NCBI GenBank assembly: GCA_963813715.1
Contig: CAWFAK010000005.1
Coordinates: forward strand, 1,024,001 to 1,088,000
Source: an uncultured Planctomycetaceae bacterium
Lineage (GTDB): Bacteria > Planctomycetota > Planctomycetia > Planctomycetales > Planctomycetaceae
Direction: 5' to 3'
DNA length: 64,000 bases
The notes below the pieces were generated by a model. The model made no database searches and was not told the origin of the DNA. It saw only the letters and a program-made list of their open reading frames with translations. Of the stretch, positions 34,332 through 50,869 are shown in pieces. Position 1 is the first letter of the stretch. Each line of letters opens with the position of its first letter. Both the position numbers and the translations under genes were made by a program.

Positions 34332-34791
34332 CCGGCCAACCGGCCGCTTCGCCGCTCGCTTCCGCCGACACCCCCTCGCGCCCGTCTCGCGGGCTGCTGT
34401 TGTTCGCGATCGCCGTCACCGTCGTCTGGTGCGCGCTGCTCATGGTGATGGCCTGGCTAACGGCCAACCCCGTCGCGCTCAATCGCGAACAGATTCTGCG
34501 CTCGGACCTGATGATCACGGGGAAGGTCGAGGGCGACCCGCACGCGGGCGAAGTGTCGGTCGTCCGCGAATGGAAAAAGAACGGCCTCAAGGGGTCGATC
34601 CACGTCGAGAACCTGGAAGACACGGGCGCTGCGCGGGCGAAACGTACCTGATGCCGCTCCTGCCGGCCGCCACCGGCTATCGCGTCGCCGAAGCCCGCCT
34701 CGCCAACTCGGCCGTGCTGGTTTATCCGGCGACGCCTGCCGCCATCGCCCAGCTCGAAGAGATCCTCGGCGCGCGGGCAGAGAAGAAGTGA
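34328..34791 (+). CDS. Membrane-anchored hypothetical protein (frameshift near 34635)
   Basis: TM helix then [12 protein letters not shown]; continues in ORF 34429..34791 (YLMPL...VYPAT). Confidence 0.6.
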
Positions 34792-34828
34792 TCGCTTCAA
34801 ATGGCGATGCGACAGGGCTCTTCACTGA

Positions 34829-35515
34829 TTACTGGCCAACGACCAGCTGTTGGCCGGTGAGTCCCGCGGATTCTTCGCTCGCCAGGAACAGGACGGTCTG
34901 AGCGGCATCGGCAGCGGGCGCCGGCTTTTGCGGGGCGCTCGCTTTCGCTTCGGCCGGCGGCTCGCGCCACGTCGGCGCGACGCAGTTCACGCGAATCCGC
35001 CGGGGCGCTGACTCGGCCGACAGGCTCCGCGCGAGCGCGGCGAGCGCGGCCTTACTCGCCGCGTACGCGCCCCAGCCCGCCCGCGGTTCCTCGGTCAGCG
35101 CCGTCGTCGCCAGCACGATCGACGCCGGCGAGTTCAAGTGCCGCTCGAGCGCGCGGATCGTCTGCAGCGCGCCCTGAAAATTGACGGCGAAGATTTCGGC
35201 GACGATTTCCGGCGTGCTCTCGGCCAGGCCGGCGGGTTGGAAGAGCTCGGCAACGGGAACGAGGATGTCGACGGCCCCCATGCGACGGAGCGTCGTCTCG
35301 CGGAGCAATTCGAGATCGGCCGGGCGCGTCACGTCGCCGGCCACGACGACGATGCGCGCCGGCGCCAGCTCCGCTAGTTCGTCCAGCTGGCCCCGATTCC
35401 GCGCGAAGAGGACGAGCTTCGCCCCCTCGCTGACGAACTTCTGCACGACGGCCCGGCCCAGCCGGCCGCTGGCCCCGGTTACCACCGCCACCTTATTCAA
35501 TAACCGCTGTGCCAA
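34829..35515 (-). CDS. SDR family oxidoreductase
   Basis: KVAVVTGASGRLG, YAASKAA, IRVNCVAP; start codon uncertain (TTG at 35515 used). Confidence 0.85.
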   Translation of the reverse strand: MAQRLLNKVAVVTGASGRLGRAVVQKFVSEGAKLVLFARNRGQLDELAELAPARIVVVAGDVTRPADLELLRETTLRRMGAVDILVPVAELFQPAGLAESTPEIVAEIFAVNFQGALQTIRALERHLNSPASIVLATTALTEEPRAGWGAYAASKAALAALARSLSAESAPRRIRVNCVAPTWREPPAEAKASAPQKPAPAADAAQTVLFLASEESAGLTGQQLVVGQ

Positions 35516-35674
35516 TGTTGCGCCACCGCCTGCGCGAACCTCCTCGACCGCTCGACCGTCGGTGTGACATGATAGCACGAGCGGGTCGGATCGGAGCGCG
35601 GCCGGCGCCTGCCGATTCCAGTCGCCGCTGCGACACAACCACCTGCGCGCCCCGCGATAGAGAAAGCCAACCGA

Positions 35675-36259
35675 GTGCCCCCACGAATCTGCGTTTTCTG
35701 CGGCTCGAAAACCGGCGAGGCCCCGGTTTACCGGACGGCGACCGTCGCGCTCGCAACTGAAATCGTGCGTCGCGGCAGCGGCGTGGTCTACGGCGGCGGC
35801 AGCGTCGGGCTGATGGGCGTGCTCGCCGATCGCGTGCTCGAGCTGGGAGGCGAAGTCATCGGCGTGATCCCTGAGGCCCTCGCCACCAAGGAATTGTTGC
35901 ATACGGGCGTCCGCGACATGCGCTGCGTCGCCGACATGCACGAGCGGAAGGCCCTGATGGCCGAACTCGCCGGCGCATTCATCGCGCTGCCCGGGGGCTT
36001 CGGCACGTTCGAGGAACTGTTCGAGATCGTCACGTGGGCGCAGCTCGGCTTTCATCGCAAGAACATCGGTTTGCTCAACGTCGATGGCTACTTCGATCCG
36101 CTCGTGGCGCTGATCGACCACGCGATTCGCGAAGGCTTCATTACCGCCGCGCATCGCGAGCTGGTCGTCGTCGAGAGCGAGCCGGCCCGGCTGCTCGACC
36201 ACCTAGCGACGCATGAAATGCCGCTCGTCCGGCGGTGGCTCAAGCGCGAAGAGATCTGA
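35675..36259 (+). CDS. LOG family protein (TIGR00730-type phosphoribohydrolase)
   Basis: ICVFCGS, YGGGSVGLMG, MHERKALM, LPGGFGTFEE. Confidence 0.93.
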   Translation: MPPRICVFCGSKTGEAPVYRTATVALATEIVRRGSGVVYGGGSVGLMGVLADRVLELGGEVIGVIPEALATKELLHTGVRDMRCVADMHERKALMAELAGAFIALPGGFGTFEELFEIVTWAQLGFHRKNIGLLNVDGYFDPLVALIDHAIREGFITAAHRELVVVESEPARLLDHLATHEMPLVRRWLKREEI

Positions 36260-36404
36260 GGGGCGGATCTTCGCGGCCGAGATCGACGGGAATAAATCGC
36301 CCGTTCTGCGCGTCTCAGGAATGCCCGAATCGGCCGGACACGCGAATCGGCTGCCCGTCACTTTCTTTCCTGCATTCACCTGCCTCTTGCCGGGAATTTC
36401 GACC

Positions 36405-39019
36405 ATGCGCGCGCGAAGCGAGTGCGCGCGGCGGCGCCGGTCTGCGCTTGCCGCGATTGGCTTGCTGTTCTGGGCGGGTTGCGACGCCGTGCGCGAAGAC
36501 CGCACGATCAACATCTCGCCCAGCGGCAACCAGGTGGCATTCCAGCACGGCGAGGGCGGGATCTTTATCGCGGACCCTCGGACCGGCGAGCTGCACCGCG
36601 TCTTCGATCCGGACCGCTCGATCGTCGCCGTCAGCAGCCCGCTCTGGTCGGCCGACGAAAGCCGCGCGATCTTCACGACGGCCCGCGACGCACCGCCGAC
36701 CGGGCCTCAGGCAGCGCTCGAGAAGAAAGTAGGCCTTCCCGCCGCCAATCCCGCGGGCACTCCCAATGGCCGCAAGTCGGCAGCGTCTCCCGTCGATTGG
36801 AATGACGCACCCGCGGGACGTTACTTTCTGCCGCTGCCCGTGGTTTACACCTGCTGGCAAATCGAGCGGGCAGCCGACGGCACGTTTAAAAAGCCCGTCG
36901 CGCTGTTCGAGGCCCACGCCGGACACGCCGGCTACGTCGCGGGCAACTGGGCCGTGCGTCAGTCTCCCAAGGGCGAAAAGATTCTCTTCGTCGATCAGGA
37001 GGCGCCGCAGGGGCACGCGGTCTGGTCGTTCGACATCAAGTCGACAAAGAAATCGCGCGTCTTTCCACCGGCCGGAATTGCCGCGCCGGGCTTTGTGCTG
37101 GCGGACTTCACGCCGGACGGTTCGCGCATCGCCTGCACGGCCGGACGCGACATGGGCGGGCTGGCAGTCACGGTGGGGCCGCATTGTGAAATGGATTTCG
37201 ACGCAGAAGATTCGGCCACTACGTACCAACTGGACGGTATCTGGATTCAGGCCGCCGCCGGCGCATCCTGGCGGCACGTGGCGCAGTCGTCCGTAAGCGC
37301 CAACCCGCAGCGGCGCGACGGGCTCGGCACGCTGATCGAGCGGCGGCCCGTCTTCTCGAAGGACGGTTCGCGGTTTGCCTTCGCGCGACCGGTCGAGGGT
37401 CCGGCGAGTTCGCGCACGTTGCTCTTCCGCGCTCAGACATCGGACCGCAAGGTCGAACAGATCTTCGCCGTCGACGGCCAGATCCTCGACCCGCACTGGT
37501 CGCCCGACGCGCGGCTCGGTTTCGTCGCCATGACTCAGCATCCCGAGCTCACGGTCATCGATGCGGCGGGCAAGATCGAACATCCGGTGCCGCATGATTT
37601 CGTCCGCAACTTCGCTGGCTGGAACCCGTCGGGCGACACGCTGGCCTACGTGATCGCCGAGCATCCGCCGCGCGATCTCTTCGCCGCCGTTCGCCCCAAA
37701 TCCGGGCCAGCCGCGCAACCCGCCAAGAAGGTAGAGAAAGCCGACAAGGACGAAAAACTGATCAATGGGTCGCCACTGTTGTGGCCCGATCCGCTGGCCC
37801 GCGATGCGCTGGTGGTATTGCCGAAGGGCGGCCAGCCGCGCGTCGTGATCGCCGGGCTGCGGTTCACGTTTCCCCAGTGGTCGCCCGCTCGCGAATCAAT
37901 CTCGGTGTGGGGGACCTTCACGCCGTCGCACCAGTCGTGGGTCGACGCAGTGCTGGGCCACGGGCTGACGATGCGCACGGGTGATCCGGCCGCGGTGATC
38001 GACGTGACCACGGGCAGCGTCCACTGGCTGGCCATCAAAGGGGACGAGCAGACACAGATCGGCCATTACCTGCAAGAGAAGCACGATTTTGCCGGGGCGC
38101 TTGACTGGTATCGCAAGGCGGAGAAAACGCTGCCCAAGCTGCAGCCCCTCACGCCGCTCGAGCTCGAGCAGGGGGTCGCCAGCGACGTCGCCCGCCGCCG
38201 CATGTTTGAATTCCTGGCGTGGCATTGCCTGGCGAAACTAGGAAAAGAGGCCGACGCCACCGCGCGATTGACCGTGTTCGAGCAGGCCTGCCGCATCCAC
38301 TGGCCGACCGCGCCGACGGCCGTCCACCGCCGGCGGGAAACGGCGCGACCACCGCAACGGCCGGCGCGACGACCGGCGCGAACGCGCCTCACCTCTCGCA
38401 GTCGACGGCGGGAGAGCCGGCCGAGCGCGTGGCCTCACTGATGCGGGCACTCGCCGAGGCGCAGGCTCTGCTCTCAGTCGATGATACGGAGGGTGCGATC
38501 AACTTCTTCCGCGCCCGGCTCGATGCGACCGGCGGCCACGGCCAGCCTGCGTCCGCCGCTAAGAAACCGCTCGATCCAACCGACCGCTTCGGCGACCTGG
38601 TGGCCCTTTCGCAGCTCGAGCTGTTAGCCGGGCGACCCGCCGCCTATCTGCAATTGGCAACCAACGAGTTGGGCCCGTGGATGGCGGCGAACCTGGAAGA
38701 TCGGCCGCAGTCGTCAACGACCAATGGGCCGGACGAACTCCGGTTCGTGTTGGCCAACGGCGTCGGACTCGCACTCAGTCCGCTGTTCGATTCGGCCTTC
38801 ACGCGGCAACTGCCCGCGGACCCAGTTGCCCAGGCGGCCGCCTCGTGGCGCGTTTTGCGTTCGCGGTGCAACAGCCAGTCGGCCAAATTGCTGGCGGACT
38901 TGGTGGTACGGGGCCTGTTGCCCGCGGAACGAAATCAGGATCGCGACGAACTGGACGCGCGGATCGCGAGGGACCCTGCGCACGCGTGGTACAACTGGGC
39001 CGTGCGGCCGGTCCCCTGA
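36405..39019 (+). CDS. Large exported TolB-like beta-propeller + TPR-like protein (frameshift near 38335)
   Basis: Lipobox-like WAGC; repeated WSPD/FTPDG/FSKDG blades; helical C-terminal part continuing in ORF 38219..39019. Confidence 0.6.
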
Positions 39020-39031
39020 TTCGAGCAGGCC

Positions 39032-39645
39032 TCAGACGTCGGCGGTTGCGCCGGCCTTTTCGAGCTGGGCGATCACCTTTGTGTAGCACTGCGGACAAAC
39101 GCCGTGGCTGAACTGCACGCCGGTGCGGGTCGAAATGTAACTTTCGACCTGCTCCCAGTAGTTGCGGTCATCCCGAACCTTTTTGCAGTAGCTGCAGATC
39201 GGAATCAGTTCCTGCAACTCGTGGATCTTGGCCATCGCGTACTGCAGCTCCCGGATGCGCCCGGCCAGGTCGCGCTGCAGGGTGACCATCCGTTCGCCGA
39301 CGCGCAAACGCGACTTGAGTTCGCGCCAGTCGTACGGCTTGACGACGTAATCGTTGGCTCCGCTGTCGAGCCCCGCGACGATGTCGTCGGTCTGATCCCG
39401 GGCCGTCAGCAAGATCACGTAGGGCGGTTCGGCACGATTGAGTTGTCGCAGCCGCCGGCAAACTTCGAGGCCGTCCATCTCGGGCATCATCCAATCGAGG
39501 ATCGCGATGCCCGGCGCATCCTCGCCCTCCAGAATCTCGTACGCCGAGCGTCCGTCGAGTGTGGCAACCACCTCGTGCCCCCACTTCTGCAACATGCGGG
39601 AGAGCACGATTCGCGAGACTTCGTCGTCTTCGGCAATCAGAACTT

Positions 39646-39649
<4 letters not shown>
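39032..39649 (-). CDS. Response regulator (REC + C-terminal Cys/His domain)
   Basis: AEDD, LDWMMPEMDG, KP; C-terminal IPICSYCKKVRDD..YW...FSHGVCPQC. Confidence 0.9.
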
Positions 39650-42767
<3,118 letters not shown>

Positions 42768-42771
<4 letters not shown>

Positions 42772-43490
42772 GGGGACGTTCCAGTCCGGTCGGCCGGGCA
42801 GGCAGCCTGGGCACAAGCACCGGGGGTGAAGAGGGGACAACCAAAGACGGGAGTATGGACTCCCGCGGCGACTTCCGTATTTCCGTCGAGGAGGGCACCG
42901 ATCGCGCGGCTTCCGGAGCTATCGCCCTCGTGGCCGCGCGAACGAGTGATCCCGCCGTTAAAGAGCAGCTTGCCATCGGCGTCGTACAGCACGACAAAAC
43001 CGGACGTCTCGGCGCCGAAGCAACGCGCGAGCGTGCCGTCGTCGTCGATCAAGCGAACGTGGGGAATGGCCGCCGCCTGTTCACGCAGCGACGTCTTGTC
43101 CCAGTTCGGGCCGGCGTCCGCCGGTTTGACGAAGACAACAGCCGCCTCTGTCTTGCCCGAGCGGTGCGCCAGGATCTCCGCGAATTCCCCCAGGCTCGCC
43201 TTCGAGCAGGGGCACCGCGGGTGGACGAACATGATCAGCCGGGGACGCGACAGTTCGGAACGTAACAGCCGGGCAGTCGATTGCCCGTCGGAATCCGACT
43301 CCCACTGCGGGAACTCGTGTGGGAAGACGGCCGGCGTTTGGCCCGCGTCCCCCGGCCGCGACTTATAGGCTTCGAGCGCACCCAGTCCGCTGACCACGGC
43401 GGCCAACCAGAGCAGGGGGACGAAATAAGCGAGCCGGCGCAAAACTGCGCGACCGGTCACGCGTCGCAGCGATGCCGTGCGGCCGAACAT
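42768..43490 (-). CDS. RedB-like membrane-anchored thioredoxin-fold protein
   Basis: TM anchor, MFVHPRCPCSKASL, FGAETSG, LFNGGITRSRGHEG, PVFGCPL; ATGA-coupled to the kinase. Confidence 0.7.
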
Positions 43491-43874
43491 AAAACGAACT
43501 CTTGAACTCACAAATCGGGGCGGATCGGATTCACAAATCGGGGCAGAGCGGGCGGGCGTCTCGGCAAGCGGATCAAGGTGGGTGATGCAAAACCTCAACA
43601 ACCGTAGGTCCCATTCCCGCGGCGGCAAACGGAAGTTGCACAGAATCGGCCGAAACCGGGCTTTGGGCCGGTGGGAAAAACCGGCGCAGCCGCTAAATCC
43701 GGACTGAAGCGCAGCCCAGGCCACAACCACTGAGCGGCACAACCAAGTGCGCGGGCACAACCGTTGTCGCGGCAAACGCGGGGCGGGTATCCTCCAGGCT
43801 CGTAACGAGCGCGAATTCCCCGTCGTCCGGGCGCCGGCCCGGCCAACACCGAGCTACCGAGGCCCTTTCTCGTC

Positions 43875-46143
43875 GTGTCTCAACCGTCCCGATTCCGCGG
43901 ACTGGCCCTGCTGGCCGACTTTCTGGTCCGCTATCGGATCGGTTTGTTCGTCGCGGGCGCGGTGATTTCGGCGTTTGCCTTCATCGAAGCGACGAAGCTC
44001 ACGCTCGAACAATCGATCGAGTCGCTCTACGCGCTCGACGATCCGCACCTGGTCGACTATCGCCAAAGCAAGTCGCTCTTTGGCGGCGACGAGTTCGTGA
44101 TCGTGGTCTACGAGGACCCGGATCTGCTCTCGGCCGACGGCCTGGCCCGCGTGCGGAGTTTTGCGGATGAGCTGAGCCAAGTCCCAGGCGTGCAGACCAA
44201 AAGCACGCAGAACCTGGCCGACGTCCTCACGCCGGCCAACATCCCCTGGCTCGTGCGGCCCCTCTTTCAAATGCGTCGCGACAGCCTGGTCGAGCTGTCG
44301 CGCGGCATTCTGATCGGCGCGGATCGCAAGACGACGGGCATCGTGCTGCGACTGTTTCCGGAAGACAAAACGTCGGTCTCCCGCGACGCAAACCATTCGC
44401 GGCGTCCGCACGATTGCCGAAGCGCACGACCCGCCCGCTTACATCGTCGGCGAGCCGGTGCTGGTCCACGACATGTTCCAGTACGTCGACCAGGACGGGC
44501 AGCGGCTGTTCTACGCTTCGCTGGTGCTGCTGGGGCTGGTGATCTTTCTGCTCTTTCGCAGCTTGCGCTGGGTCGTGCTCTCGATCGTGCTAGTGGCGGC
44601 CACCGTCGCCTGGACGAAGGCCATCCTCGTGTTGTGCGGCATGCGGCTGTCGATGGTCAGCTCGATGCTCAATTCGCTGGTGACGATCGTCGGCATCGCC
44701 ACCGTGATGCGGTTGATGGTCTACTACCGCGAGCAGCGCGCCACCTACGAGCCGCTGGAGGCGTTTCATAAAACGATCGTCGAGCTGTCGCCGGCAATCT
44801 TCTGGACCACCGTGACGGCCGCGGCCGGCTTCGTCTCGCTGCTCTCGAGCGATATCACCCCGGTCCGCAGCTTCGGCACGATGATGACGCTCGGCACGAT
44901 GCTCGTACTGTTGACCGGCGGCATGCTGCTGCCGGCCGGCGTCCTCTACAAGCCGGAATCGTCGGACATTCCGACGGGGACCACCGAGCGGCGACTGGTG
45001 GGCCTGCTGGGCGGGCTGACGACGTGGGTCGAACAGCGGGCCGTCTGGGTGATCGGCACGGTGGTGGTGCTGTCGATCGCCTCGTTCTTCGGCCTGTTCC
45101 GCCTGCGGTTAGATACGGATTTCACGCGGAACTTCCGCTCGAGCAGCCCGATCGTCCACGCGCTCGACTTCGTCGAAACTCGCCTCGGGGGCGCGGGGAC
45201 CTGGGAAGTGAATTTTCCGGCGCCGGCCGAGCTCACTCCCGAATTCCTCAACAAGGTCCGCGCGTTTGCCTCGCGTTTGCGCGAGCTGGAAGAGGCACGG
45301 CCGAACGAGCCCGAGCCGGCGCTCACCAAGGTCGTCGCCATCACCGACCTGCTCGACCTGGTCCCCGGTTCGTCCGACGACACCGAAGGCATTCGCCGCA
45401 AGCTCGAGTTGATCACTGCGTTCCAGCCGGAGTTCGAGCCCAGCCTTTACAACGCGGAGGCCGGCCGCATGCGGCTCGTGCTGCGGGCCAAGCAGCGCGA
45501 GCCGTCCGAAGTGCAGCTCAAGCTGATCGAGACCGTCGGCGCCTGGGGACGGGAGGAGTTCAAAGACGCCAAGACGACCGGTCTCTACGTGCTGCTGACG
45601 TTCCTGATCGAGAGCCTGCTCCGCGATCAGATCATCAGTTTCTTCCTGACGGTGGCGATGGTGGTGGTGATCATGGTGCTTGCCTATCACAACCTGCGGA
45701 TCGCGCTGGTCTCGCTCGTGCCCAATGTGTTCCCCATCCTGCTCGTCGTCGGGGCGATGGGCTGGCTGGGCGTGCCCGTGAACGTCGGCACGGCGATGAT
45801 TGCCGCCGTCTCGATGGGGCTCACAATCGATGCCAGCATCTTTTATCTTTACGGATATCGGAAGATCCGCGGGGAAGGGCGACCGCTGGCCGAGGCCTTG
45901 CGGGAAACGCACCAGGGATTCGGACGGGCGCTGGTCTTCGGCACGTTGGCGCTCGTGGTCGGTTTTTCGGTGCTGGCCCTGTCGCGGTTCATTCCGCTCG
46001 TCTATTTCGGAGTGCTGGTGAGCCTGGCGATGCTCGGCGGACTGATCGGAAACTTGTTGTTGTTGCCGTTGCTGTTGCCGCTGGTCGACAAAGATCCCCA
46101 GCCGCCCCGGCCGGATCCCGCACTCTCGGTGTCCGAGAAGTGA
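43875..46143 (+). CDS. MMPL/RND-family exporter (frameshift near 44390)
   Basis: Two TM bundles with periplasmic loops; TVTAAAGFVSL, SMGLTIDA, FIPLVYFG. Confidence 0.88.
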
Positions 46144-46148
46144 GCGGC

Positions 46149-47539
46149 GTGCCCACAGCTCCGCCGGGGCCTTCGCCCGGCAGCGCAGGCCGCCCGAGCC
46201 GCTGGCCAGCCGTCGCTTTGATCGTCGCGGCCGCTTTGATGCGGATCGCGGCCGTTGTGGTGTGGAGCGGTCATCTGGCGGACGACCGCGACGACTATTG
46301 GACGGTCGCTCGGTCTTATCTCGAGCACGGATTTTGGGCGCCGTTCACGCGGTTCCCCAATTCGTTTCGTCCGCCGCTGTTGCCGCTGTTGCTGGCCGCA
46401 CTGATCAAGTTGGGCGGCGGCTCGGTCGCGCTGGGAGTGCTGCAGATCGCGCTGGGGACGGCGACCGTGGCGCTGACCTTGGTCGCGGGCCGGCGGTTGG
46501 GTCTGGGACGCTGGTCATTCGCCGCGGCTTTGCTGGTCGCCTGCGATCCGCTGCTGATTGTCTACACGACCTTTCCGATGACCGAGACGCTGTTCACATT
46601 CCTGGTGATCGCGCTGGTTGTCGCTTCGTTGCCGCGAGAGACCTCGCTCTCTGTGGCAAGCGGCGCGAGCTTGTTGTCATCCGTCGGACGGGCGGCGGTC
46701 ATCGGGCTGTTGTTCGGCGCCTGCGCGCTCTGTCGGCCGACGATCTGGCCGACGGCCCTCTTGGTCGCGGTGTGGTTTGCCTGGGAAGCGCTGCGGACGC
46801 GGCGACTGCCGGCGTCGCTGCTGGTGAGTGCGTGTGGTCGGCCTGCGTCACGTGCGCGGTCGTGGTCGCCCCGTGGGCGCTGCGAAATTGGAAGATTCTC
46901 GGCTCGCCCGTCGTCACGACGACGCACGGAGGGTACACGCTGCTCTTGGGAAACAATCCGGAGTTCTTTCGGCACGTGTCGGAACGGCCGCTGCCCGAAT
47001 TGTGGAGCGACCGCGATCCGGACGCCTTCCAGCAAGCCTGGTTCACCCGGTTAATTGCCGAGCGAGACAAAGAGATCGGCCCGAGCGCGGACGAGCTGAC
47101 GCAGAATCGGTGGATGTACCAACAAGCCTGGAAAGCGATCGCGGCGGAGCCGGGGGTGTTCGTCCGCGCGTGCGTGCTGCGGTTCGTGCTCTTCTGGAAC
47201 GTGATGCCCCTCTTGCCTTCGCGCTCGACCTTGCCTCATCCGGTCGTTTGGGCGCTTTGTGTCGGCTACGTGGCGGAACTTGTTTTGTTCGTCGCGGGCC
47301 TGGTCGGATTGTTCAGACAGTTCAGACTCGTGCGGATTGGCGACCCCCGCTGGGTGCTGCCGCTCTGCCTGATTCTCAACTTCACGCTGGCCCACCTGGT
47401 CTACTGGTCCAACATGCGGATGCGCGCGCCGCTCGTGCCGCTGATCGGCCTGGTCGCGGCGGTCGGTTTGAGCACTTGGTTCAATCGACGCAAGGTCAAT
47501 AAATTCGTTCCCGGCGGCGGGTCGGTTGATCGACCGTAA
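46149..47539 (+). CDS. GT-C fold glycosyltransferase (ArnT/PMT-like; frameshift near 46835)
   Basis: DDRDDY, FRPPLLP, MTETLF, LCRP, PWALRN, GGYTLLLGNN. Confidence 0.8.
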
Positions 47540-47602
47540 ATATTTTATTTGCAATTGTTTACGGCATGCTTCGCAGCCGAAAGTCGGCGCGCGGAGTGCT
47601 TA

Positions 47603-47631
47603 TTGACACCCCCTTCAAAACGGGCCATAAT
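47603..47631 (+). promoter_or_regulatory. Sigma70-type promoter upstream of lptD
   Basis: TTGACA, 17 nt, CATAAT. Confidence 0.65.
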
Positions 47632-47771
47632 CCCAGCCCTTTTCCGGGGACGAAGTGCGCACAAATGTCAACCTAGTCATGGGTTGATGAATCGTCCCTG
47701 GTCGTCAGTTCGGTTTTACGTTTGCACGTCGACTCCGTTCCGTCCGTTCTTCCAAGGATCCGGGAGAGCCA

Positions 47772-50700
47772 GTGACGGGCTGTCAGCCCCACTTCAGCTT
47801 TTGGCTGCGCATGGCGCGAATACTCGCGCTTTGCGCCCTCGTTGCCGCGGTGCGCCGCGCGCGGCGCCCGCTGATGGCGGCGACGATCCGGCCGAACGCG
47901 TTGTGATTTCGGTCGAAGGCACCTACTCGCAGGAGTGGGACGACTCCGAGGGGCACGTGTCGATCCTCCGCGGCCATTGCCGCGTCAAACAGGGCTCGAC
48001 CACTCTCGAAGCGCAGAAGATGGTTCTCTGGCGGTCCACGCAGACGGCAGGAAAAGGGAAACGCGATCGCCTCACCATCTACCTCGAAGACGACGTGCGG
48101 GTCGAGGAACCGGGCTCGACGCTCAACGACTCGCCGATGATCGTCACGCTCAGCACGCGCGCGGGCGTGCACGTGCACGTCGTCAACTCGGAGTCCGCCC
48201 GGCCCGGGCGCGACGACGCACTCTACGTGCGGGCCGACAAGCGCCGCCGGCACTCCACCGCGCGGATCATCCGCACGTCGCAGATCGTCGAATCGCCCGA
48301 CGGCGGCCCCGAGCTCCGCAGCGAGCAGTTCTTGCGGACGCCAGCCCACATCCGGCGAATTCATATCCTCCCGCGCAGCGGCACCGATTTCGCCATGACC
48401 AGCCAGCAGGCGCCGAACCGCACGCCGCCCGAACAGGTCACCATTATCACCGGCGGGGTCAACGTCCGCATCGAAGGGCTCGACCAGCGGATCGGCGGCA
48501 AGCCGATTGGCATGGTGGAGCTGTCGGCCGATCGGATGGTGATCTGGTCGCGGAGCGAGATCGCCACCGGCGCGAGCCAAGGAGTCGTCCAATCGCAGGA
48601 CGAGCAGTTCGAGATCTACATGGAAGGCAACATCATCATCCGGCAGGGTGATCCGAACAACGGCCAGCTGATGCGGGAATGCAAGGCCGAATACGCCACC
48701 TTCGACGCGCGCGACAACAAGGCCCTCTTGCTTAACGCCGAGCTGAAGACTTATCTGCCCTCGATCCAGGGGACGATCCGCGTCTGGGCCGAGCGGCTGC
48801 GGCAGCTGGGACCCAACACGTTCCACGGCACGCACGTCTGGAGCACGACCAGCCCGTACGGCAAGCCGGGCGTTCGCGTGCAGTCGACCGACGTGTTCCT
48901 CGAAGAGCGCGAGCGACAGCAGTCGCCGATCTTCGGTCCGGATGCCAACGAGCCGCAGCAGGTGAATCCGGCCACGGGCGAGCCCGATCCGCAGACGCAA
49001 AACTGGATCACCTCGCTGAACAACGTCTTCTTCGTCGAGGACGTGCCGCTGTTCTATCTGCCCTACATCAGCGCTCCGGCCGACAAGTCGGAAATCCCGC
49101 TGCAGAGCATCCTCTTCAGCCAGGATTCGATCTTCGGCACCACCATCCGCACGATGTGGGATCCGTTCAAGCTGTTCGGCTTCATGGATCCCAAGGGCGC
49201 ACAGTGGAGCCTCCTGGGCGATTACTTCAGCCGTCGCGGACCGGCCGTCGGCCTGCTGGGAAAATACAAGGGCGAGAACCTGTTCGGCATCCCCGGCAAA
49301 TACTTCGGCGAAATGAATTCGCTGTACGTGCACGACGTGGGGACCGACGACCTGGGGGCCGACCGCCCGAGCATTACTCCCTCCACGCAGAACCGCGGCA
49401 TCTTCGAGATGCGGCACGAACAGCAGTTGCCCAACGGCTTCACCTTCATCGCCGAGGCCGGTTGGCAGTCCGACCGCAACTTCCAGGATTCGTACTTTCA
49501 GTCGGAGTTCGATCGCGGCAAGGACATCGAGACCCTCTTGTACTTGAAGCAACAGCAGTCGAACTGGGCCTGGACGGCCATCGTCCGCCCCAACGACCAG
49601 CCGTTCGAGTACGAGACGCAGTGGCTGCCGCGGGGCGACCTCTACGTCCTCTCGCAGCCCCTCTTCAACGGCCTGATGACCTACAGCCAGCATACGTCCG
49701 GCGCTTATGCCGAGGTACACCTGGGCGATCCGCCGAGCTCGCAGGAGGTCTTCACGCCCATCTCGTACTTCGCCCCCACGCACGGGGCCGACTTGATGAC
49801 GAGGCAGCAGCTCGACGCGCCGTTCAGCCTCGGTCCGATCAACATCGTTCCCCACGTGATGGGCGAAGCCGCCTATTGGGGCGACAGCTTCAACGGCGAG
49901 CCCGTCTCGCGGCTGTCGGCCAACCTGGGATTGAAGAGCAGCATGGAGATGTGGCGGGCCTTCCCCGAGGTGCAAAGCGACATCTTCAACCTGAACGGGC
50001 TGGCCCACAAGATCGTCTTCGAGACCGATTACGAATACACCAGCGTCAACCGCAGCCTCTCCAACATTTCCCAGTGGAACGAGCTCGACGACAATGCTCA
50101 GGAGCGGTTCCAGCGAGCGGCTCGTGCAAAATACGTTCGGCGGCGTGCTCCCTTTGCCCTTCGACCCGCGGTTGTACGCTCTCCGCACGGGGGCTGGGCT
50201 GTCGGTCACCACGCCCGACAACGAACTCCTCGACGATCAACAGTTCCTGACGCTGGCCGTCCATCAGCGGTTGCAGACCAAGGTCGGCCCGCCCGATCGG
50301 CAGCGGATCCGCGACTGGATGACGCTCGACCTGTCGGCCACGTTCTTCCCCGATCCCGGTCGCGACGACTTCGGCGCCGCCTGGGGCCTGCTGACCGCGC
50401 ACTACGCCTGGAACATCAGCCAGCGGACCACCATTCTGGCCAACGCCCAATACGACACCTTCACCGGGGGAGAACAGCTCTGGAACGTGGCCATGCTCAG
50501 TCAGCGGAGCGAGCGGGGCAGCGTTTACCTCGGACTGGCTCAGGTCAAAGGCGACTCCGGCGTGCTCGACAGCGATATCCTCACGCTGAGCTACAGCTAT
50601 CAGATGAGCACGAAGTGGATCTCGACGATCGGCACGGCCTACGACTTGGGCGAACACCGCAACGTCGGCCAGTCGTTCACCATCTCGCGCGATCGGCCTG

Positions 50701-50841
50701 GATTTCATCATCAACGTTGCCGGCAGCTACGACGTCAGCACGGGCAACACCAGCTTCGCGGTCTCGATCGAGCCGCGGATCGGCAACTTCGGCAATTCCA
50801 TGACCCAGTTGAGCAACCTGCTCGCCGGCCGGCAGCATTGA
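47772..50841 (+). CDS. lptD: LptD/OstA-like outer-membrane LPS-assembly protein (about 3 frameshifts)
   Basis: N-terminal jellyroll-like region (IYMEGNIIIRQG), VEDVPLFYLPY, QSDRNF, LNGLAHKI, long amphipathic beta-strand C-terminus; ORFs 47549..50803, 50094..50873 and a final frame ending at 50841. Confidence 0.75.
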
Positions 50842-50869
50842 TCGCCGCCATTATTCACGTGGAGGCCCC

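Noticed and set aside
43560..43740. Possible c-di-GMP riboswitch upstream of the RedB-like/kinase operon
   Set aside because: GGCAAAC and GAAA occur on the wrong strand for that operon, and the required paired stems could not be built
47783..50221. 812 aa minus-strand ORF
   Set aside because: Antisense shadow of lptD
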